A stretch of DNA of 64,000 bases from an uncultured Clostridia bacterium. Its GTDB lineage: Bacteria; Bacillota; Clostridia; TANB77; CAG-508. The notes beneath the pieces were generated by a model. The model saw only the letters and a list, made by a program, of their open reading frames with translations. It was not told where the DNA came from and searched no databases. The stretch covers positions 15,081 to 79,080 of the forward strand of contig CAKPNI010000003.1 of assembly GCA_934168355.1 (NCBI GenBank), read 5' to 3'. This document shows positions 10,205 to 20,827 of this stretch, in pieces; positions within the stretch are counted from its first letter, which is position 1; the number at the start of each line of letters is the position of its first letter. A program made the translations under genes and the position numbers.

Positions 10205-12820
10205 ATGAAAAGAGTTTTAGTAAGAGCAGCATTTGTCATAACAATAATTCAATTAATTTTATTGCAAACAAATTCATATGCAACAGGAGAAAATGGTAAG
10301 GCAAATACTGTAAAAATTAGTGAAGGAATTTACAAAATAGTTTTAGCAGATTCGCCAGAAAAAAGTATAACTATAGAAAATGATAGTTCAGAAAATGGTG
10401 CAAATGTTTGTATACAAAAATATAATAACAACATTAGTCAGCTATTTAAAATAAGATATAATAATGCAGGATTCTGTGAAATAATCCCTGTTAATTCAGG
10501 AAAAAGAATAGATGTTGCAGGATGGGGAAATGGTGTAAATATTGAGCAATGGGGAGAAAATAATACATCAGATAGTCAACAATTTACAATATCAAAAAAT
10601 AAAGACGAAACTTATAATATAATAGGAAAAAGACAAAATTTATATTTAACCGCAGAGGAAACATCTTCGGAAAATAAAATAAATTTAATAGGAAACGAGA
10701 AAGACGAAAAAAAATCACAAAAATTTAAACTAGAAAAAATAGAAACTCCAGAAAATGGAAGATATAAAATAGTTCTAGCAAATTCAAGGACACAAAGTGT
10801 ATCTGTAAAAAATGGAAAAATCGGAAATGCCGTTGGTATAGAATTAAATACATATCAAAACACTGTTAAACAACAATATGAACTAAGATATGATAATGAA
10901 GGTTATTGTGAAATTATTCCAGTACATTCTGAAAAAAGATTAGATGTATGTGGATGGGGAAATGGTGTAAATATTGAGCAATGGACTGAAAACAATTCAA
11001 CAGATAGCCAAAAGTGGACAATAATAAAAAATGAAAAAGGAAACTTTAATATTATATCTAAAAGACAAAATTTATATTTAACAGCACAAAACTCAAATTC
11101 TTCAAATGGTACAAAAATAGAAGGACATGAGAAAAACGGAGAAAATGGACAAGAATTTTATTTAGAAAAAATAGGGTCAAATAAAATAGTAGAAGAAGGA
11201 ACATATAAAATAGTAAGTGCAAGCAATAGAAATAAAAGTATATCAATAGATAGAGGTAGCTCAGATAATAATGCTAATGTTCACTTATGGGAATTTAATA
11301 ATTGCTTAGAACAAGAATTCAATTTAGTATATGATGAAAATGACGGCTATTATGAATTTATAGCTGTAAACTCTGGAAAAAGATTAGATGTATGTGGATG
11401 GGGAAATGGAACCAATATAGCACAATGGTCTAAGAATCCTAACACCGATAGCCAAAAATGGAAAATAGTTAAAAACTCTAAGGGAAATTATAACATAATA
11501 TCAAAAAGGCAAGGTCTTTATTTAACTGTTAATAATTCTAATTTTTCAGATGGAGCAAATATCGAAGCATGCTGGAAAAATGAAAGTGATGGACAAGAAT
11601 TTAAAATAGAAAAAATAGCTACAAAAAGTGAGAAAACTGTAGAAGATGGCACATATAAAATGATGGTTAATTCTAATAGAAATATGGTAGTAGAAGCAGC
11701 AGGTGGAAATTGGGATAATTGTGGAAGATTACAGGTTTGGCAAAATTTTGATACATCATGGCAAAAAGTAAAAATTACATATGAAAATGGATTTTATAAA
11801 ATAGGATTAAATCATAGTGGAAAAAGCTTAACAGTAAAATATGATAGAAGTTCAGTAGGCTCAGAAGTTATGCAATATGACTTTAACTGGGGAGAAAATC
11901 AAAAATGGATAATTAGAGATAATGGAAATGATAGTATTTCTATATATCCATTATCTAGCTGGACATATGCTTTAAATGTTAATGAAAATATAAGTAATGG
12001 TTCGGTTTTAAATTTGAATTACAAAACACAAGATGAAACAGAAAAATTTCATTTAGAAAGATATTATGAAAGATATGCACAAGAAGGAACATATGGATGG
12101 TCAGGACTTAAAGTACAAGGAAATGGCAATGGTGGAGAATATTTAAAGTTTTATAAAGTAGGAAATGGAAGCAAAAAACTATTTTTAAATTTTTCAATAC
12201 ATGGATTTGAAGATTCATACTATAGAGATGGTTCAGAGTTAACATACATGGCAGATGAATTTTATTCATATATGAAACAAAATATGCCATTAGATTTAGT
12301 AGATCAATGGACGATATATATTCTTCCAGCATCAAATCCGGATGGACAACATAATGGTTGGACAAATAACGGACCAGGCAGAACAACAATTTATAGCTGG
12401 GCAAATGGAAATAAGGGAATAGATATGAATAGATGTTTTCCTGTAAATTATAAATCAACTACTAATTCTTCAAGAAACTATAATGGAACTCAACCTTTAC
12501 AAGCTTTTGAAGCAGAAAGTTTAAGAAATTTTGTGTTATCTAATACAGGAAGCAAAAATATTGTAATAGATATTCATGGATGGTTAAATGAAACAATAGG
12601 GGATAGTGGAATTGGATGGTATTACAGAAATCAATTTGGAATAAGTAATCATATTGGAACATATGGTAGTGGCTACTTCATTCAATGGGCAAGAACAATA
12701 GCAAATACAAGATCTATGCTTTTGGAATTGCCAGAAGTACAAAATCACAATCAAGTACTTGAAAGAAATTATTCTAATAAATTTATAAATGCTACAATTC
12801 AATTATTAAAAGATAATTAA
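10205..12820 (+). CDS. Secreted protein: ricin-type (QxW) lectin repeats plus C-terminal M14-like zinc carboxypeptidase domain
   Basis: Signal peptide MKRVLVRAAFVITIIQLILLQTNSYA. Modules ending DSQ(K/Q)W recur (GKRxDVxGWGNGxNIEQW). The C-terminus carries HGFE, NPDG and IDIHGW, which fit the M14 HxxE...H metal ligands. Confidence 0.6.
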   Translation: MKRVLVRAAFVITIIQLILLQTNSYATGENGKANTVKISEGIYKIVLADSPEKSITIENDSSENGANVCIQKYNNNISQLFKIRYNNAGFCEIIPVNSGKRIDVAGWGNGVNIEQWGENNTSDSQQFTISKNKDETYNIIGKRQNLYLTAEETSSENKINLIGNEKDEKKSQKFKLEKIETPENGRYKIVLANSRTQSVSVKNGKIGNAVGIELNTYQNTVKQQYELRYDNEGYCEIIPVHSEKRLDVCGWGNGVNIEQWTENNSTDSQKWTIIKNEKGNFNIISKRQNLYLTAQNSNSSNGTKIEGHEKNGENGQEFYLEKIGSNKIVEEGTYKIVSASNRNKSISIDRGSSDNNANVHLWEFNNCLEQEFNLVYDENDGYYEFIAVNSGKRLDVCGWGNGTNIAQWSKNPNTDSQKWKIVKNSKGNYNIISKRQGLYLTVNNSNFSDGANIEACWKNESDGQEFKIEKIATKSEKTVEDGTYKMMVNSNRNMVVEAAGGNWDNCGRLQVWQNFDTSWQKVKITYENGFYKIGLNHSGKSLTVKYDRSSVGSEVMQYDFNWGENQKWIIRDNGNDSISIYPLSSWTYALNVNENISNGSVLNLNYKTQDETEKFHLERYYERYAQEGTYGWSGLKVQGNGNGGEYLKFYKVGNGSKKLFLNFSIHGFEDSYYRDGSELTYMADEFYSYMKQNMPLDLVDQWTIYILPASNPDGQHNGWTNNGPGRTTIYSWANGNKGIDMNRCFPVNYKSTTNSSRNYNGTQPLQAFEAESLRNFVLSNTGSKNIVIDIHGWLNETIGDSGIGWYYRNQFGISNHIGTYGSGYFIQWARTIANTRSMLLELPEVQNHNQVLERNYSNKFINATIQLLKDN

Positions 12821-12837
12821 AAGGAGGTTAGCAGAAT

Positions 12838-15800
12838 ATGAAAAAAATAAGCATATTATTAATAACTATATTATTATTTATTCCATTAACTTTAATAGGT
12901 GCAAATTCTCAAGCAATAGCTGTAACAGACGAAAAAAAAGTTGAAGATGGTATATACAAAATAGTATTAGCAGAGGACCAAACAAAAAGTGTAACAATAG
13001 CAAATGGAAGTACTGGAAATAGTGCTAATGTACAAATTAACAAATATGAAGGTATGCCATATCAAGAGTTTAAATTAGTATCTGATGGACAAGGATATTA
13101 TGAGATAATTGCTGTAAATTCAGAAAAAAGACTAGATATGTGTGGCTGGGGAAATGGTACTAATATAGAACAATGGTCAAAAAACCCTAGCTCAGAAAGC
13201 CAAAAATGGAAAATACAAAAAAATGAAAAAGGAAATTATAACATAATAGCTCAAAGACAGGGGTTATATTTAACAGCACATAATTCAAATTTGACAGATG
13301 GAACAAACATAGAGGCATTTGAGAAAAATGGTGAAAGTGGTCAAGAATTTATATTAGAAAAAGTAGAAAAAATAGAAGAAGGTACATATAAAATAAGTCT
13401 TGCAAATTCGCCTACACAATGTGTTACAGTAGATAGTATAGACGAAAAAGATGGAGCTAATGTAAATATACAAAAATATTCAAATAAAAGACAGCAACAA
13501 TTTGAAATAAAATATACAAAACAAGGATATGTAGAAATAATCTCATTATATTCAGGAAAAAGATTAGATGTATGTGGCTGGGGCAATGGTGTAAATATTG
13601 AGCAATGGAGTGAAAATATTACATCAGATAGCCAAAAATGGGTAATAAGGAAAAATGCAGATGGAAAATATAATATTATATCACAAAGAGGATTTTTATA
13701 CTTAACAGCACATAATTCAAATTCGGCAGATGGAACAAATATAGAAGGATTTGAAAAAAATGGCGGAAATGGGCAAGAATTTATATTAGAAAAAGTAAAA
13801 AACGAAAAAATTGTGCCTAAAAAAACTATAGAAGATGGAATATACAAAATTTCAATGGCAAGTCATGAAAGCAAAAGTATATCTATAGCAAGCGGAAGTA
13901 CGGAAAATGGGGCAAATGTTCATTTATGGGACTTTAATAATTGCCCAGAACAAGAATTTAAATTTGTATATGATGGAAATGGATATTATGAAATAATTGC
14001 AACAAATTCAGGAAAAAGATTAGATGTATGTGGTTGGGGCAATGGTGTAAATATTGAACAATGGACCGAAAATAAAAACACAGATAGTCAAAAATGGATT
14101 GTATATAAAAATGCAGAAGGCAATTATAACTTAATATCAAAAAGACAAAATTTATATTTAACAGTACATAATTCAAATTACACTAATGGGACAAATATAG
14201 AAGGATATGAAAAAAACAATAGAAATGGACAAGAATTTTCACTTGAAAAAATTGACAAATTGGAAGAAGGAAAATACAAAATAAGCCTTGCAAGCATGCC
14301 AACACAAAGTGTTTCTATTAAAGATGGAAGTACAGAAAATAGTGCAAATGTAAATATTCAAAAATATATAAAAAGAAGATATCAACAATTTGAGATTAAA
14401 TATACTTCACAAGGATATGCAGAAATAATTTCTATAAATTCTAAGAAAAGATTAGATGTATGTGGATGGGGAAATGGAACAAATGTAGAGCAATGGGATG
14501 AAAATCAATCATCAGATAGTCAAAAATGGATAATAAAGAAAAATGCAAATGGAAATTACAACATTATATCTGAAAGAAATCATTTATATTTAACAGCACA
14601 TAACTCTGAAACAGCAGATGGAACAAATATAGAAGTATATGAAAAAAATGGAGGAAGCGGACAAGAATTTGCAATAGAAAAAATTGAAGAAGATAAAATA
14701 GAACCTAAAAAAACAATAGAAGAAGGAACTTATAAAATTGTAAGTGCAGCAAATATTAATAAAAGTATATCAATAGATAGTGGTAGTGCAGATAATGGTG
14801 CAAATGTTCATTTATGGGACTTTAATAATTGCCCAGAACAAGAATTCAACTTTGTATATGATGGAAATGGATATTATGAAATAATACCAATTAATTCAGG
14901 AAAAAGACTAGATATGTGTGGTTGGGGAAATGGAACAAATGTCGCACAATGGGCAAGAAATACAGATACAGATAGCCAAAAATGGATAATTTATCAAAAT
15001 TCAGATGGATATTATAATATAATAGGAAAAAGACAATGGCTATATTTAACACTACATGACTCAAATACTGAAAACGGAACAAATATAGAAGTATATGAAA
15101 AAAGAGATGATAATAGCCAGAACTTTAAGTTAGAGAAGATGTCAAATAAAAGTGAAAAAATAGTAGGAAATGGAAAATACCAAATACAATCAAAAGCAAA
15201 TTCAAATATAGTATTAGAAGTTGCAGGTGGAGACAAAAATTCTAATGGAAAAGTACAAGTTTGGCAAAATTATCATACAAGATGGCAAAAAATAAAACTT
15301 GAATATGAAAATGGTTATTATAAAATAATGCTTGGACATAGTGGAAAATATTTAACAGCAAAAAATGGAAAAATACAAAGTGGTTCTGAAATTACTCAAG
15401 ATGATTGGAAAAATACAGAAAGCCAGAAATGGGGAATTAGAGATTTTGGAAATGGAAGTATAGGAATATATTCTTTAGCAAATTATGACTTAATGTTAAA
15501 CATAAAAAATAAAATTGAAAATGGTTCTGTAATTGAGCTAAAAGATAATACAGGAAGTTCAAATCAGCTATTTTGTTTTACAAACACTACTTGGGTAGAA
15601 ATTGATAATTCAAAATATCCAGGAATTCAAGAGTCAATTGACAACCTAATGTGTGAACACCCAAATTGGGAATTTGAGATACTTTATACAGGTGTTGATT
15701 TTAATGAAGCAGTAAAAGCAGAATATGAAGGAAGCAATAAACAAAAAAGCTTAATAGATACAAATACATACAAATGTGATTGGATTTCAGAAGATCCATA

Positions 15801-16926
15801 TGTAAGTGGAATTTGGGCATCAGCATCTTATAATGCGGTTCAGTACTTTATGGACATAAGAAATTTCTTAAATGACTCAAATGTATTGCAATTTCAAGAT
15901 TTAGCAAATTATTGGGAAAGTGGAGCAACATATGATTCAATACAATACCAAGTAAATAATACATTTTTACAAAATTATACAAATGATGTAATAGAGGCTT
16001 GTAAAAGCACAAATATTAATCCATACTATATTTTAGCGAGACTATTCCAAGAACAAGGTAGAAAAGGTTCTGGAACAATAGATATGGACGGCGGAGATGG
16101 TAAAAGATATTTTAATCCATTTAATATTGGTGCAAAAGTAGGAAATGATGTTCAAACAGCTCTAGAACGTGCAAAACGTGAAGGCTGGGACAGTATGGAA
16201 AAAGGTCTTGAAGGTGGAATCAATATTATTAAAGAAAGATACATAAATAAAAAACAAAACACATTATATTTAAATAAATTTGATGTAAATCCAGCAAGTG
16301 GTGGAAATTTATATGATAACCAATATATGCAAAATATTTCGGCTGCATATAGTGAAGCAAATACGATGAAAAATCCATATGAACAAACAGGAACATTTAA
16401 TAATAAAAAGAGCTTTATAATACCTGTATATGAAAATATGCCATCTACTCCAAGTGCAAAACCAACAGGTACAGGAAAAAATCCATTAGCAGAAATAAAA
16501 GGACCAAAAAGTGTAAAAGTTGTAACAAATGGTTCAAATTTAAAACTTAGAGATGCTTCTTCAACTAAAGGAAATATTTTAGAAGAGCTTCCATCTGGAA
16601 CAGTTTTACTTTCAGTAGAAAGATTATCTAACCGTTGGCATAAGGTTGTTACACCATCAGGGAAAAAAGGATATTGTTCTGGTGAGTATTTACAAACAAT
16701 TGAGGATCAAACAAATTGTTATGATACAATGTATATAAATTCAAGTGATGTAAATATAAGAATAGGACCGGGAACAGAATATGACAGCATAACCAAAAAA
16801 TCAACAGGAACAAAAGTAACTCGTATTGTTACAAATAAGTATTATTATAATGATTTGTGGTGGGACGAAATTATTTTGCCAGATGGAGCAAAAGGATTTA
16901 TTGCAAATAAATATTTAAGTTATTAA
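12838..16926 (+). CDS. Secreted cell-wall hydrolase: about 6-7 ricin-type lectin modules, GH73-like glucosaminidase domain, two SH3b domains
   Basis: Signal peptide present. The GKRLDVCGWGNGxNIEQW..DSQKW modules repeat. YYILARLFQEQG..YFNPFNIGA resembles a glucosaminidase domain. Two C-terminal SH3_3-like segments (LKLRDASSTKGNILEELPSG.., VNIRIGPGTEYDSI..). Confidence 0.6.
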   Translation: MKKISILLITILLFIPLTLIGANSQAIAVTDEKKVEDGIYKIVLAEDQTKSVTIANGSTGNSANVQINKYEGMPYQEFKLVSDGQGYYEIIAVNSEKRLDMCGWGNGTNIEQWSKNPSSESQKWKIQKNEKGNYNIIAQRQGLYLTAHNSNLTDGTNIEAFEKNGESGQEFILEKVEKIEEGTYKISLANSPTQCVTVDSIDEKDGANVNIQKYSNKRQQQFEIKYTKQGYVEIISLYSGKRLDVCGWGNGVNIEQWSENITSDSQKWVIRKNADGKYNIISQRGFLYLTAHNSNSADGTNIEGFEKNGGNGQEFILEKVKNEKIVPKKTIEDGIYKISMASHESKSISIASGSTENGANVHLWDFNNCPEQEFKFVYDGNGYYEIIATNSGKRLDVCGWGNGVNIEQWTENKNTDSQKWIVYKNAEGNYNLISKRQNLYLTVHNSNYTNGTNIEGYEKNNRNGQEFSLEKIDKLEEGKYKISLASMPTQSVSIKDGSTENSANVNIQKYIKRRYQQFEIKYTSQGYAEIISINSKKRLDVCGWGNGTNVEQWDENQSSDSQKWIIKKNANGNYNIISERNHLYLTAHNSETADGTNIEVYEKNGGSGQEFAIEKIEEDKIEPKKTIEEGTYKIVSAANINKSISIDSGSADNGANVHLWDFNNCPEQEFNFVYDGNGYYEIIPINSGKRLDMCGWGNGTNVAQWARNTDTDSQKWIIYQNSDGYYNIIGKRQWLYLTLHDSNTENGTNIEVYEKRDDNSQNFKLEKMSNKSEKIVGNGKYQIQSKANSNIVLEVAGGDKNSNGKVQVWQNYHTRWQKIKLEYENGYYKIMLGHSGKYLTAKNGKIQSGSEITQDDWKNTESQKWGIRDFGNGSIGIYSLANYDLMLNIKNKIENGSVIELKDNTGSSNQLFCFTNTTWVEIDNSKYPGIQESIDNLMCEHPNWEFEILYTGVDFNEAVKAEYEGSNKQKSLIDTNTYKCDWISEDPYVSGIWASASYNAVQYFMDIRNFLNDSNVLQFQDLANYWESGATYDSIQYQVNNTFLQNYTNDVIEACKSTNINPYYILARLFQEQGRKGSGTIDMDGGDGKRYFNPFNIGAKVGNDVQTALERAKREGWDSMEKGLEGGINIIKERYINKKQNTLYLNKFDVNPASGGNLYDNQYMQNISAAYSEANTMKNPYEQTGTFNNKKSFIIPVYENMPSTPSAKPTGTGKNPLAEIKGPKSVKVVTNGSNLKLRDASSTKGNILEELPSGTVLLSVERLSNRWHKVVTPSGKKGYCSGEYLQTIEDQTNCYDTMYINSSDVNIRIGPGTEYDSITKKSTGTKVTRIVTNKYYYNDLWWDEIILPDGAKGFIANKYLSY

Positions 16927-16944
16927 AAAAGGAATGATATTAAA

Positions 16945-17913
16945 GTGAAAAAAATATGTGAAATATTTTGCTTAATAATTGCAATAATAATAGCATTTAG
17001 TGCAGTTTCATATGCAGAAGATGCAGAATATGATAGATTGGTTGATATACCAGTACCAGAAAATAGTACAGGATATGCAGATTCAACAATTACAGAAAAA
17101 CAACAAGAAGTTGAAAAATATGAGCAAAAAGAAGAAAAGGAGCAAAATATGAAAAAAAGCAATAAAATAATAATGCCTATTGTAGCTTTAGTTATAGTAG
17201 CTATTATAGTAAATATAATTTTGAAAAAGAAAGATACACATAAAAATCAAGAATACGCAAATTCTTCTTTTGTAGAACAAAGTACTGTAGATGAAAAAAT
17301 AGCAGACGAAAAAGAAGAAAATGTAGTAGAAAATGCTAATCCTGAAGAAATTGAAAGCATAAAAAATGAGATAAATTCAACAGCAGATAGCAATATTTAT
17401 TATGTAACAGAAGAAACAGATGGCAGAAAAATTCTTCAAATAAAACCAAAAGTTCAATTTCAAGTTGATTTAGCAGGAGTAATGAAAAATGCTAAACCAG
17501 AAGAAAATGAAATAGAAAGTTTAAATAAAAAAGCACCAAATAAAACAGGAATATGGATATCTGAACAATCTAGAGATAAATTCAAGGAATTATTAAATAA
17601 AAATAATATTGATAATTTTAGTATAAAAAAAGATGGATATCTAAAGCTTGATAAAACCTCAGAAAATGATATTGCAAAAAATTTAGAAAAAATGATACAA
17701 TCTGATAAATTATATATTATAAATATAACAGGCATAGCATATGAAAGAGATTATATAACTGGCGAAATTGTAGAATATCCATTTGAAGATATGGATCCAG
17801 AACAAGTGATTGAATTATATAAAAATGGAAATAAAAAGATATTGGAAATAACAACAAACAAAAAACAAGAATTATTAGATAAAGAAATACTTGAAGAAAT
17901 TACATTATATTAA
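16945..17913 (+). CDS. Hypothetical membrane-anchored protein
   Basis: Long ORF with an N-terminal hydrophobic segment and a second TM helix (IIMPIVALVIVAIIVNIIL). No motif recognised. Confidence 0.4.
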   Translation: MKKICEIFCLIIAIIIAFSAVSYAEDAEYDRLVDIPVPENSTGYADSTITEKQQEVEKYEQKEEKEQNMKKSNKIIMPIVALVIVAIIVNIILKKKDTHKNQEYANSSFVEQSTVDEKIADEKEENVVENANPEEIESIKNEINSTADSNIYYVTEETDGRKILQIKPKVQFQVDLAGVMKNAKPEENEIESLNKKAPNKTGIWISEQSRDKFKELLNKNNIDNFSIKKDGYLKLDKTSENDIAKNLEKMIQSDKLYIINITGIAYERDYITGEIVEYPFEDMDPEQVIELYKNGNKKILEITTNKKQELLDKEILEEITLY

Positions 17914-17941
17914 AAGAAAAAGTGAAAGGAAATGAATAATT

Positions 17942-18895
17942 ATGGAAAAAATTAAAATATTTGCTTGTAGCGAAGCTTCTGAAAATTTCACAAAAGAAAT
18001 ATGTGACTATTTAAAATTACCTATGGGAAAAATTGAAAGAATGAAATTTAAAAATGATAATAACTTTGTACAAATACTTGAAACTGTAAGGGACTATGAT
18101 GTATATTTAATCCAAAGTTCAACACCACCTGTAAATGAAAGAATAATGGAGTTATTAATAACAATAGACGCAGTAAAAAGAGCATCAGCAAGAAACATAA
18201 ATGTAGTATTACCATATTATATGTATTCAAGGTCAGACAAAAAAGACCAACCAAGAGTACCAATAACAGCAAAATTGGTTGCAGAACTTCTAGAAGCAGC
18301 AGGAGCAACCAGAGTAATAACATGTGATTTACACAATCCAGCAATACAAGCATATTTTAATAATATAAATTGTGACAGATTAAGTGCAGAAAGATTATTA
18401 GAAAAATATTTCGAAGAAAAGAAATTGGACAACATGGTAATTGTTGCAACAGATGCAGGAAGTTCAAAAAAAGCATATAAATATTCAACATTTTTTGGAT
18501 GCCCAATTGCAATGTTAGATAAAAGAAGAGATGGAAATAATGATAAAGCAATAGGAACAACAATTATTGGTGATGTAAAAGGAAAAAATGCCATAATATT
18601 TGATGACGAAATTGACACAGCAGGTTCTATGATGGAAACAGTAAGAGTATTAAATGAATTTGGTGCAAAATCAGTTTATGCAGCTTGTACACATGGAGTA
18701 CTTTCTGGTCCAGCAATAGAAAGAATACAAAATTCTCCAATAAAAGAGCTTGTTATAACAAATACCATTCCACTACCTGAAGAAAAGAAAATTGACAAAA
18801 TAAAAGTAGTAACAATTGCTCCATTATTTGCAGAAACAATAAAAAGACTAAATGAAAAGAAACCTTTAGGTGAATTATTAAAAAGTTTTGTTTAA
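17942..18895 (+). CDS. prs: Ribose-phosphate pyrophosphokinase
   Basis: 317 aa. DLHNPAIQAYF and the PRPP-binding loop IIFDDEIDTAGS. Confidence 0.9.
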   Translation: MEKIKIFACSEASENFTKEICDYLKLPMGKIERMKFKNDNNFVQILETVRDYDVYLIQSSTPPVNERIMELLITIDAVKRASARNINVVLPYYMYSRSDKKDQPRVPITAKLVAELLEAAGATRVITCDLHNPAIQAYFNNINCDRLSAERLLEKYFEEKKLDNMVIVATDAGSSKKAYKYSTFFGCPIAMLDKRRDGNNDKAIGTTIIGDVKGKNAIIFDDEIDTAGSMMETVRVLNEFGAKSVYAACTHGVLSGPAIERIQNSPIKELVITNTIPLPEEKKIDKIKVVTIAPLFAETIKRLNEKKPLGELLKSFV

Positions 18896-18960
18896 TTCGA
18901 TTTCGAAATGGGGACGGTTCCTTTTTCAAAAAGGACCTGTTCCCATTTTGAAATCGTCCC
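18896..18960. repeat. Palindromic intergenic repeat, copy A (GGGGACGGTTCC type, imperfect right arm)
   Basis: tttcgaaatggggacggttcctttttcaaaaaggacctgttcccattttgaaa, directly after the prs stop. Confidence 0.85.
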
Positions 18961-19091
18961 TAATACAAAAAAATAAAAAAAATTGTAAAAAAAAGAAGGA
19001 AAAACAAAATTTTTGAAGAATATATAATTAGTACATAAAAACAAAAGAATATGTACAAAATAATATTAACTTAAAGAAAGAGGTGCTTAAA

Positions 19092-19364
19092 ATGCAAATA
19101 ACAGATGTACGTTTAAGAAAGGTAAATTCAGAAAACAGAATGAAAGCAGTTGCTTCTGTAACATTTGATAACGAATTCGTAATTCATGATATCAAAGTTA
19201 TCGAAAGCCAAAATGGATTATTTATTGCTATGCCTAGCAAAAAAACTCCAACAGGAGAGTTCAAAGATATAGCTCATCCAATTAACCCAGAAACAAGGGA
19301 AAAAATTCAAAATGCTATATTAGAAGCTTACAATGCTCCTGAAACAGAGGAAACAGCTGAATAA
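19092..19364 (+). CDS. spoVG: Septation/sporulation regulator SpoVG
   Basis: [48 protein letters not shown] is the canonical SpoVG sequence. ATG 19092 follows AAGAGGTG. Confidence 0.9.
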   Translation: MQITDVRLRKVNSENRMKAVASVTFDNEFVIHDIKVIESQNGLFIAMPSKKTPTGEFKDIAHPINPETREKIQNAILEAYNAPETEETAE

Positions 19365-19382
19365 TAATAAGTAAATCAGAAA

Positions 19383-19428
19383 TCTAGACTTTTTTGGAAT
19401 CTAATTCCGAAAAAGTCTGGATTTTTTT
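19383..19428 (+). terminator. Rho-independent terminator of spoVG
   Basis: tctagacttttttgg / ccgaaaaagtctgga stem followed by TTTTTTT. Confidence 0.65.
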
Positions 19429-19466
19429 CTTAAAATAGAGTATAATTAAGTAAAGAGGTGATAAAA

Positions 19467-20732
19467 ATGCCAAAATATCAAAATAGAACAATAGAGAAAA
19501 GTGTAAAAGAAGCAATAGGAAAATGGCCAGTTATAATGATAACAGGACCAAGGCAGGTGGGAAAAACAACACTACTTAATTACTTATCAGAAAAATCTAA
19601 AGAAGAAATAAACTACATATCTTTAGATAATATACTAATTAGAACACAAGCAAAAGAAGACCCAGAGCTATTTTTAAGAACATATGAAGCACCACTTATA
19701 ATAGATGAATTTCAATATGCACCAGAATTATTATCATATATAAAAATTAAAATAGATGAAGCACGAAAAAAAGAAATGTTTGAAGAAGGAATTGAAGTAG
19801 GAACTATGTACTATTTAACAGGTTCACAAGTATTTCAAACAATGAAAAATGTAAGTGAATCATTAGCAGGAAGAGTAAGAATATTTGACTTATACGGTTT
19901 CTCTGAAAGAGAATGTGAACAGATTGAAGAACCTATTTTTTTACCAGAAATAAACAATCTAAAAGGAAAAAAGACAACAAATGCAAAATCGACTACAGAA
20001 ATATTTAAAAGAATTTTAGATGGAAGTTATCCAACAGTAAAAAATAATGACGGGAAAAACAGAGAAGAATTTTATGAAACATATATAAGAACATACATAG
20101 AAAGAGATGTAAGACAAATAATAAACATAAAAGACGAAACAAAATTCGTGAAATTTATATCATCAATAGCAGCAAGGACGGCACAAGAATACAATGCATT
20201 TGATATAGCAAATGATATTGGGATAGACTCCAAAACAGTTGACGAGTGGGTATCAATTCTAAAAAACACAAATTTAGTATATATGTTAAACTCATATTCA
20301 AATAACAACATAAAAAAGGCAATAAAAAGGCCAAAAATATATTTTATGGATACAGGTCTAGCATGTTATTTAACAGGTTATTTAAATCCGGAAACACTAG
20401 AAAAAAGTGCATATAATGGGGCAATATTTGAAACATATATTGTAAGTGAAATTATAAAATCATATACAAATAATGGAAAAGACCCAAGAACAAGATTATA
20501 TTATTATAGAGACAAAAATCAAAAAGAAATTGATTTACTAATATTTTATGACAATACAGTATATCCAGTGGAAATTAAAAAAAGCGCAAATCCGGGAAAA
20601 GCAGCAATAAAAAATTTTGACATAATAAAAAATATTGAAGCAAAATCAGGAAACGGAATAGTACTTTGCATGATGGAAAATATAATAGCCATTGATGAAA
20701 ATAACTATTATGTTCCAATAGAATATATATAG
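19467..20732 (+). CDS. AAA-family ATPase with C-terminal DUF4143-like domain
   Basis: P-loop ITGPRQVGKTTLL. Length and tail (..YYYRDKNQKEIDLLI..VEIKKS) are typical of the AAA_14/DUF4143 family. Confidence 0.7.
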   Translation: MPKYQNRTIEKSVKEAIGKWPVIMITGPRQVGKTTLLNYLSEKSKEEINYISLDNILIRTQAKEDPELFLRTYEAPLIIDEFQYAPELLSYIKIKIDEARKKEMFEEGIEVGTMYYLTGSQVFQTMKNVSESLAGRVRIFDLYGFSERECEQIEEPIFLPEINNLKGKKTTNAKSTTEIFKRILDGSYPTVKNNDGKNREEFYETYIRTYIERDVRQIINIKDETKFVKFISSIAARTAQEYNAFDIANDIGIDSKTVDEWVSILKNTNLVYMLNSYSNNNIKKAIKRPKIYFMDTGLACYLTGYLNPETLEKSAYNGAIFETYIVSEIIKSYTNNGKDPRTRLYYYRDKNQKEIDLLIFYDNTVYPVEIKKSANPGKAAIKNFDIIKNIEAKSGNGIVLCMMENIIAIDENNYYVPIEYI

Positions 20733-20808
20733 GCACAAATGGCACAAATGGACCGGTTCTTTTTGTGTCATTGGGCACAAAAAGAACCGGTCCATTTGTG
20801 TCTGTGCC
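20732..20808. repeat. Palindromic intergenic repeat, copy B (GGACCGGTTC variant)
   Basis: ggcacaaatggaccggttcttttt ... aaaaagaaccggtccatttgtg, with ggcacaaat duplicated at the left edge. Confidence 0.85.
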
Positions 20809-20827
20809 AAGAGAAAGGAAGATAAAT

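Noticed and set aside
13341-13847. 168-aa minus-strand ORF inside the lectin-hydrolase gene. Similar ORFs lie at 23733..24346 inside the Ca-ATPase gene and at 58772..59401 inside the RCC1 gene.
   Set aside because: These are antisense or alternative-frame artefacts within genes that have clear motifs. They have no independent start signals.
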